Source: a virus (lineage: Duplodnaviria > Heunggongvirae > Uroviricota > Caudoviricetes). From it: DNA of 4,005 bases. Each line of letters opens with the position of its first letter. Positions within the stretch are counted from its first letter, which is position 1. Below, piece after piece: positions 1 to 4,005 of this stretch. Below the pieces are notes generated by a model. It saw only the letters and a program-made list of their open reading frames with translations. It made no database searches and was not told the DNA's origin. The stretch lies in the IMG/VR virus record IMGVR_UViG_2671180656_000018; one strand, 5' to 3'. Both the position numbers and the translations under genes were made by a program.

Positions 1-337
1 CATGCAGGCAGTGGTCGGCCGGAATGATGTCGTTATACGTACAACTCTCTCCACCCGGAGTTACCGTGCTGCGGCGCGCCAGCTGTTTAATGCGCGGATC
101 CGGAGCATCGTAAGAATCCGGTAACGGAAGCCCTTCACCGTAGGCCATGCCGTTGGACTGTCCGGCAAGCACAACCACGTAGAACCAGTCCGGCTTAGAT
201 GAAGGGCCGACCTGTGGATCTCCTTCAATAGCCACCGCCTGCAAAGGCTGCCAGCCCTCTTTCAGTTTGTGTGTCAGCTTTTCCGCAAGGTCTGACGGCG
301 ACGCCGCCCTGACAACATCATAGTGTTTAAATGCCAT
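1..337 (-). CDS. NanS-p-like sialate O-acetylesterase (DUF1737-like N-domain plus SGNH/DUF303 esterase), 5' part only; C-terminus lies beyond the window edge
   Basis: Minus-strand ORF runs from ATG at 337..335 to the window edge with no stop (112 codons). SD GGGAGGA at plus 341-347, 3 nt upstream of the ATG. An in-frame TAA 20 codons upstream fixes the start. Translation begins MAFKHYDVVRAASPSDLAEKLTHKLKEGWQPLQAVAIEGDPQ and continues VVVLAGQSNGMAYGEG, a block-I GQSN motif typical of SGNH sialate esterases. Family assignment is from memory of prophage NanS-p proteins, not a search. Confidence 0.75.
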   Translation of the reverse strand, partial: MAFKHYDVVRAASPSDLAEKLTHKLKEGWQPLQAVAIEGDPQVGPSSKPDWFYVVVLAGQSNGMAYGEGLPLPDSYDAPDPRIKQLARRSTVTPGGESCTYNDIIPADHCLH

Positions 338-530
338 GAATCCTCCCGGCCGGGATAATATTGTGAGTAAAATGAGGAGCGGGCTGAAGTCCGGAAGTTA
401 CAGGACAATGGCAGAAGAGAGACAACAGCCCGCAATACGAAAAAGGCCGCGCTATTGCGCAGAGTGATTACTGTCGGATATTATTCGCCAGCTGAAATAT
501 TACTTCACGTTTTGTTGTTTATTCCTTGCC

Positions 531-559
531 GCCCGCGTCTCCCTGCGCGGGCTTTTTTT
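531..559 (+). terminator. Intrinsic terminator on the plus strand with no obvious upstream gene
   Basis: GC stem GCCCGCG (531-537) pairs with CGCGGGC (546-552), loop about 6-8 nt, followed by TTTTTTT (553-559). On the minus strand the same hairpin is followed by GGCAAGGAAU, so it is plus-strand specific. Confidence 0.55.
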
Positions 560-570
560 GTCCATAAGAA

Positions 571-590
571 AGCCCCTCCGGAGAGGGGCT
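571..590. other. GC-rich 8-bp-stem hairpin (inverted repeat) of unknown function
   Basis: AGCCCCTC (571-578), loop CGGA, GAGGGGCT (583-590): perfect 8-bp inverted repeat with 4-nt loop. It lies 11 nt downstream of the plus-strand terminator T-run. On the minus strand it is followed by UUCUU, a weak terminator-like tail. Confidence 0.5.
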
Positions 591-786
591 GGAGAGTGGC
601 GCTATGTGCCATTGCATGGTGCCGGGTGCCTCCCGGTGAATTCAGTACCAGCACCTGAATCCGCGATTATCCCATATACCTACTCGCTGATTGCCCCTCC
701 GCACAGGGGGATTCACCATGCCAGTTTCTTTTAACAAACTCCCCGCAAACCAGACAACAGTCAACCGCCTGAATTGTGAGACATTT

Positions 787-811
787 AAAAAAAGGCCCGC
801 AAAAGCGAGCC
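787..811 (-). terminator. Intrinsic terminator 15 nt downstream of the last tRNA on the minus strand
   Basis: Minus-strand RNA reads GGCUCGC-UUUU-GCGGGCC (7-bp stem including one G-U pair, plus 794-811) followed by U7 (plus A-run 787-793). On the plus strand the same stem has a C/A mismatch and no U-tail. Confidence 0.6.
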
Positions 812-825
812 AGGGAAAATAAGTG

Positions 826-902
826 TGGCGCGTTGTACTGGATTCGAACCAGTGACCGATTGCTTAGAAGGCAATTGCTCTGTCCGGCTGAGCTAACAAC
901 GC
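826..902 (-). tRNA. tRNA-Arg, anticodon UCU (reads AGA), canonical cloverleaf; resembles the argO/argN-type tRNAs of Stx phages
   Basis: Hand fold of the minus strand: acceptor GCGTTGT/ACAACGC, D-arm GCTC-AGCCGGACA-GAGC, anticodon stem ATTGC/GCAAT with loop CTTCTAA (anticodon TCT), variable CGGTC, T-arm ACTGG-TTCGAAT-CCAGT, discriminator G, encoded CCA at 828-826. All stems are perfectly paired. Confidence 0.85.
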
Positions 903-915
903 AGGATACAGATAA

Positions 916-992
916 TGGACCGCCTTCGGGGATCCGAACTCCGCGCAACCAGCTTCGAAAGCTGGCGCTCTTTCCTGATGAGCTAATGGCGG
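916..992 (-). tRNA. tRNA-Arg-like, anticodon UCG in my fold, with non-canonical features; possibly a weakened or pseudo-tRNA
   Basis: Hand fold: acceptor CCGCCAT/AAGGCGG with an A6/A67 mismatch, D-arm GCTC-ATCAGGAAA-GAGC, perfect anticodon stem CCAGC/GCTGG with loop TTTCGAA, T-arm CGGAG-TTCGGAT-CCCCG with an A52/C62 mismatch and G at position 58 where A is near-universal, discriminator T, encoded CCA at 918-916. Confidence 0.5.
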
Positions 993-999
993 TATGTGA

Positions 1000-1075
1000 T
1001 GGTGGCCCTTGCTGGATTTGAACCAGCGACCTGGTGATTATGAGTCGCTCGCTCTCACCACTGAGCTAAAGGGCT
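1000..1075 (-). tRNA. tRNA-Ile2-like (anticodon CAU, ileX/ileZ-type, presumably lysidine-modified to read AUA) with three A/C mismatches; possibly degenerate
   Basis: Hand fold: acceptor AGCCCTT/AAGGGCC with A1/C72 mismatch, D-arm GCTC-AGTGGTGA-GAGC, anticodon stem AGCGA/TCACC with mismatches at 27/43 and 29/41, loop CTCATAA (anticodon CAT), T-arm GCTGG-TTCAAAT-CCAGC perfect, discriminator A, encoded CCA at 1002-1000. Overall sequence resembles E. coli ileX as recalled from memory. Confidence 0.6.
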
Positions 1076-1103
1076 GGGTCAAAAAATAATAATCAGATGA
1101 AAA

Positions 1104-1817
1104 TCAATAATCAAGCCCTTGCCTGGATACATATCTGTCTGGCGGGAAGCCATAATAGCGGTGAAATACAGAAATAAAGTAGGACCAGCTTGAATAACCG
1201 CATTTTTCTGCTACAGCCTGTCCATATCCATGCCGGGAACATAACATATTGACAGCAACACGCATCCGCTCTTCCAGCAACAAGCGACTGAACATGTGCC
1301 CTTCATTTTTCAGTTTTATCTTTAACAAACTCTCACTCATATGCAGGCGTAACGCAATCGCACCAAGCGTCCAGCTTGCTGATATATCTGTCTGAATTAT
1401 CGCCCTGACTTTGGCACTTATACTGGATAAACATCCACTTAAAAATAATAATATCCGTTCATCTGATTCAAACAGCGACAGGCATGCCATCATAAGAAAC
1501 ATATCCGTGGTATCTCCGGAAAATCTCTGGCTGGTAATTAAAGCCTCAGCCAACGCAGGGTTGTTGGGTTCCAGTGACAGATAAAGCGGAACGTCAGTCA
1601 GATGAGTTCTTGTCAGCTTATGCTGAATTTCCAGATATTGACTTACTATGGAATGGTTTATATCGAAAATTTTAACTTTGCCATAATGCATAAGGAAAAG
1701 CGCCCTGATGCATTTGGTGGCCAGAACGACTGAGCCGGGCTTAAGTGACAACGTATCCTTTTCAAGAAAAATATTAATTGGGGAGCAAACCATGATAACT
1801 GAACAGACAACAACCAT
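1104..1817 (-). CDS. AraC/XylS-family transcriptional regulator (AppY/GadX-like), 237 aa
   Basis: Uninterrupted minus-strand ORF (ATG 1817..1815, TGA 1106..1104). C-terminal dual-HTH signature ...WTLGAIALRLHMSESLLKIKLKNEGHMFSRLLLEERMRVAVNMLCSRHGYGQAVAEKCGYSSWSYFISVFHRYYGFPPDRY is typical of AraC/XylS proteins. N-terminus MVVVCSVIMVCSPI and the C-terminal block resemble prophage-encoded AppY as recalled. AT-rich with rare codons (ATA, AGA, AGG seen in the first 60 codons). No clear SD before either candidate ATG (1817 or 1793). Confidence 0.8.
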   Translation of the reverse strand: MVVVCSVIMVCSPINIFLEKDTLSLKPGSVVLATKCIRALFLMHYGKVKIFDINHSIVSQYLEIQHKLTRTHLTDVPLYLSLEPNNPALAEALITSQRFSGDTTDMFLMMACLSLFESDERILLFLSGCLSSISAKVRAIIQTDISASWTLGAIALRLHMSESLLKIKLKNEGHMFSRLLLEERMRVAVNMLCSRHGYGQAVAEKCGYSSWSYFISVFHRYYGFPPDRYVSRQGLDY

Positions 1818-1852
1818 TATAATTTTACTTTCATTAGCAATTGGTTAGTTCA

Positions 1853-1883
1853 ATTATAGCCCCAAAAGGTAAATTATCATCAA
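1853..1883 (-). promoter_or_regulatory. Candidate sigma70 promoter for the AraC-family gene
   Basis: On the minus strand, TTGATG (plus 1878-1883) as -35, a 19-nt spacer, then a perfect TATAAT (plus 1853-1858) about 36 nt upstream of the ATG at 1817. Spacer is longer than optimal; prediction by eye only. Confidence 0.3.
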
Positions 1884-1911
1884 CACATAAGCAAAGGACT
1901 GACAGGTGCCG

Positions 1912-2151
1912 CTAACACCCACCAGCCGCCCATTTACCACAAATAAAAAAGCCTTCAGGACTGAAGGCGTCTGTAACAACCGAACTGATAGTCTGCCAGA
2001 CCCGCATAACCAGCTGGGTCAGTATTAACTGGCAGCGCTCGCGTGAAAGGTACGTATTCTGCGCAATCTCCCCGACCGTCGCCGGTTCGGTGACGCTTAA
2101 TTCATCAAACACAACTCTGGCGGTTTCTGTCATATCCTGCTGTTTCAGCAT
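1912..2151 (-). CDS. Hypothetical small protein (79 aa, possible HTH); coding status doubtful because an intrinsic terminator lies inside its 3' end
   Basis: ORF from the track, ATG 2151..2149, GC-normal composition. HTH-like segment PATVGEIAQNTYLSRERCQLILTQL. Only a distant GGG about 10 nt upstream as SD. The last roughly 19 codons (...AFSPEGFFICGKWAAGGC) are a read-through of the terminator hairpin and U-run at 1941-1968, so a terminated transcript would lack the stop codon. Confidence 0.3.
   Translation of the reverse strand: MLKQQDMTETARVVFDELSVTEPATVGEIAQNTYLSRERCQLILTQLVMRVWQTISSVVTDAFSPEGFFICGKWAAGGC
1941..1968 (-). terminator. Strong intrinsic terminator on the minus strand
   Basis: Minus-strand RNA: GCCUUCA-GUCC-UGAAGGC (perfect 7-bp stem, 4-nt loop; plus 1951-1968) followed by UUUUUUAUUU (plus A-run 1941-1950). 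Confidence 0.7.
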
Positions 2152-2274
2152 GTCTTTTTACCCTTTCCGGTTAACGTGACACACCAATAACTCTTGTCGA
2201 AAAAGCCAGCAAGCTGAAAGACCTGTATTAATAACTACCAGCACATTTAACGCACTGCGCTACTTTGCGGGCAC

Positions 2275-2297
2275 AAAAAACCCGCTCAGAGGCGGGG
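2275..2297 (-). terminator. Intrinsic terminator downstream of the CPBP protease gene
   Basis: Minus-strand RNA: CCCGC-CUCUGA-GCGGG (5-bp all-GC stem, plus 2281-2296) followed by UUUUUU (plus A-run 2275-2280). Lies about 140 nt after the CDS stop at 2438. Confidence 0.5.
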
Positions 2298-2437
2298 TCA
2301 AGCTATGCGGCGAAATAACCACTCTTAACAGCATACCTGATTTTTTACGTACGTAAATGCTTTGCCGTGCATATTTTTCATGCAAATGTCACGTCCTGCT
2401 ATTTTTCAGTCTTATAAATTTAAAACCATAGAAAAAA

Positions 2438-3256
2438 TCAATTATGTTTTAAAAATGGATAGGTAAAGAATAACAAGTGACACAGATTCAAACCAAAATG
2501 GAAAAGGGTGGCAACCCACAAACGCCCACTCCACATCCATGACAATCCATACACAACACCAGATAACGTGGCAAATAATACAAGTAAAGCACCACCTGAA
2601 TAGTGATAAAAACCAAACAACAAAGCCGCCACAATTAATGCAACCAATGGAGACGTTACTTCTGATAGCCGTGATTGAATATACCCTCTAAATAATGATT
2701 CCTCTGCCAGAGACACAAAAAACAAATTAGCCAATATAAACTCTGGCAACCACTCAGGAAAATGAATCTCTGGCTTTAATCCACCAAAAAAAACAGCCAA
2801 AAACAGGATAAGAGGAACAGAGAGCGACAGAGCCCCCCACTTCCACAAAGACACTTCTGATTTTACTTCTTTTTTAAACAAAGAAGATGTACACAGGACT
2901 AACAAAAATGGCACCAGCGCTTTATCAAAATTAAAATACATTGTATAGGGAGTACTTTGAGGGCCAACAGTAACAGAATTTAGCACTACAGGATTGTGAA
3001 ACCCTGGCCATAGATGGAAAAATAATGCTATGGCTGATAAAACTATGCCAACTTCATATATAGATTTAGCCCAGGCGTTATATTTCCAGTTGAACTTCAA
3101 AATAATAAAAAAAACGATTGTAGCAACAAAAAATAACACCGACCAATCAATAATATCATTAAGCACAGCCAGGACAACAGACACCGTCAACAATGAAAAA
3201 GCCACTACCTTATGCCAACTGAGAGTTGACAGTGACAGTACTAACACAATCCACAT
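2438..3256 (-). CDS. CPBP-family (CAAX protease / Abi, PF02517-like) intramembrane metalloprotease, polytopic membrane protein, about 272 aa
   Basis: Minus-strand ORF. I place the start at ATG 3256..3254, which has a strong SD AAGGAG (plus 3262-3267) 5 nt upstream; the track start two codons earlier is a GTG with no SD spacing. Stop TGA at 2440..2438. Highly hydrophobic sequence. The three CPBP signature motifs are present in order in the C-terminal half: EExxxR (LAEESLFRGY), FxxxH (LLFGFYHY) and HxxxN (HFGLNL). AT-rich with ATA codons. Confidence 0.8.
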   Translation of the reverse strand: MWIVLVLSLSTLSWHKVVAFSLLTVSVVLAVLNDIIDWSVLFFVATIVFFIILKFNWKYNAWAKSIYEVGIVLSAIALFFHLWPGFHNPVVLNSVTVGPQSTPYTMYFNFDKALVPFLLVLCTSSLFKKEVKSEVSLWKWGALSLSVPLILFLAVFFGGLKPEIHFPEWLPEFILANLFFVSLAEESLFRGYIQSRLSEVTSPLVALIVAALLFGFYHYSGGALLVLFATLSGVVYGLSWMWSGRLWVATLFHFGLNLCHLLFFTYPFLKHN

Positions 3257-3287
3257 AAGCACTCCTTTTATTTAATGATGAAGATTG

Positions 3288-3316
3288 ATTATCAATATTT
3301 TCAATTCACCAGGCAA
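3288..3316 (-). promoter_or_regulatory. Candidate sigma70 promoter upstream of the CPBP protease gene
   Basis: On the minus strand, TTGCCT (plus 3311-3316), 17-nt spacer, GATAAT (plus 3288-3293), about 30 nt upstream of the SD. Prediction by eye only. Confidence 0.3.
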
Positions 3317-3407
3317 CATTTTATCTACCTTCCACAATACATGACCATCAAAAAATAAACATGTTAATTATAAACACAGAAAACATAACCCTCATCACTA
3401 TATATCC

Positions 3408-3779
3408 CTACCGCATATCCATATCTAACCGGACATTCAGAGCCATAAGCATTCCTTCAATAATACCTTCCGCTTTATAAAGCCTTTTACCAATAAGCCC
3501 ATCAGAACATCTATGCTTACGTGCAAGAGCCATAAATGTCATTCCACCTACGTAATAATCCACCAACAAATCGTGCAAATACTGATTATTCTTGTTTAAT
3601 CGTGCCATACAACCACAAATTATCATGGCGTCATCATCAGAACACTTAGGACGTGATTTCACTTTAGTCGGGATTAATCCTTTAAAACCAGCAGCTATCG
3701 AGGGCCATGTTACATCTTCATGATTATTTGCTGCCCATGCCCCCCATCGCTCAAGAACCATCTGGATATCACGCGCCAT
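3408..3779 (-). CDS. Phage late-gene antiterminator Q (QuuD/Q21-type, Phage_antitermQ family), about 123 aa
   Basis: Minus-strand ORF. I place the start at ATG 3779..3777 with SD GAGGTGG 5 nt upstream (plus 3785-3791); the track start three codons earlier is a GTG. Stop TAG at 3410..3408. Sequence [25 protein letters not shown]...[16 protein letters not shown]...LLVDYY... closely matches my recollection of E. coli prophage Q proteins (QuuD/QuuQ). Position is directly downstream of rusA, as in lambdoid prophages. Confidence 0.85.
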   Translation of the reverse strand: MARDIQMVLERWGAWAANNHEDVTWPSIAAGFKGLIPTKVKSRPKCSDDDAMIICGCMARLNKNNQYLHDLLVDYYVGGMTFMALARKHRCSDGLIGKRLYKAEGIIEGMLMALNVRLDMDMR

Positions 3780-4005
3780 CGTTACCACCTCTGATTTCGT
3801 AAATCTTCACGCCCAGCCGTCCACCTGGCACAGGCTGACCGCGCACAATATTGATTTCATCAAACTGCTCGTCATCAATGAGCACTTCCGCATGCGTCAG
3901 CGCATCCAGCGGTGCTTTCAGAATGTTGTCCAGGTCACGGCGGCGCTTATCCGGTGGTTCTGCAATAATTTTTATTGCCAGCCGTCCGGACAGGCTTAAT
4001 TTCAG
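3769..4005 (-). CDS. rusA: RusA Holliday-junction resolvase, C-terminal 78 aa; N-terminus lies beyond the window edge
   Basis: Minus-strand frame is open from the window edge to TGA at 3771..3769. Translation ...[62 protein letters not shown] matches the recalled RusA C-terminus (PDRRRRDLDNL...GGRL...). The stop overlaps the Q start codon region. Confidence 0.8.
   Translation of the reverse strand: MKLSLSGRLAIKIIAEPPDKRRRDLDNILKAPLDALTHAEVLIDDEQFDEINIVRGQPVPGGRLGVKIYEIRGGNDGA

Noticed and set aside
455-658. Plus-strand ORF of 67 aa from the track
   Set aside because: Reads straight through the plus-strand terminator hairpin and T-run (531-559) and the GC hairpin (571-590). No SD, Arg/Pro/Cys-rich low-complexity translation, and it sits in the spacer upstream of nanS-p. 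Most likely a chance ORF.
338-825. Looked for stxA/stxB or any toxin-like ORF between the tRNA cluster and nanS-p
   Set aside because: No ORF longer than about 30 codons with a plausible start on the late (minus) strand; the interval is too short for stxAB.
667-948. Minus-strand ORF of 93 aa from the track
   Set aside because: Overlaps two tRNA genes (826-902 and 916-992) and the tRNA terminator; the translation is just a read-through of tRNA sequence.
776-1021. Plus-strand ORF of 81 aa from the track
   Set aside because: Lies antisense across all three tRNA genes; a reading-frame artefact with no SD.
2345-2356. Perfect 12-bp palindrome TTACGTACGTAA in the 3' UTR of the CPBP gene
   Set aside because: A 12-bp perfect palindrome is expected about once by chance in 4 kb, more often in AT-rich DNA. 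No second copy or half-site array nearby, so not reported as a binding site.
3030-3275. Plus-strand ORF of 81 aa from the track
   Set aside because: Antisense to the CPBP protease gene in AT-rich DNA, with low-complexity K/T/I-rich translation. The sense-strand ORF has conserved catalytic motifs and a strong SD.
3786-3788. GTG start codons implied by the ORF track for Q (3788) and the CPBP gene (3262)
   Set aside because: Both have an in-frame ATG a few codons downstream with a well-spaced SD (GAGGTGG for Q, AAGGAG for CPBP); the GTG positions have no usable SD spacing.
1-4005. CRISPR arrays, IS elements and integrase/att sites
   Set aside because: No regularly spaced direct repeats, no terminal inverted repeats flanking a transposase-like ORF, and no recombinase ORF seen. 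The cargo insertions here appear to lack mobile-element signatures within the window.

Overview
This window reads as the late-regulatory region of a lambdoid, Stx-phage-like prophage, with every supported gene on the minus strand (phage late transcription runs from high to low coordinates). Inferred order along the minus strand: rusA 3' part (3769-4005), Q antiterminator (3408-3779), an AT-rich CPBP/Abi-type intramembrane protease gene (2438-3256) with its own terminator, a small ORF overrun by a strong intrinsic terminator (1912-2151), an AT-rich AraC/XylS-family regulator (1104-1817), three tRNA genes (Ile2-like CAU 1000-1075, Arg-like UCG 916-992, Arg UCU 826-902), a structured non-coding spacer of about 490 bp (338-825), and the 5' end of a NanS-p-like esterase gene (1-337). 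In Stx phages the stxAB operon sits between the tRNA cluster and nanS-p; no toxin ORF is present here. The most interesting content is the accessory cargo between Q and the tRNAs, above all the CPBP/Abi protease gene directly behind Q. All protein identities come from motif recognition and recalled family features, not from database searches.
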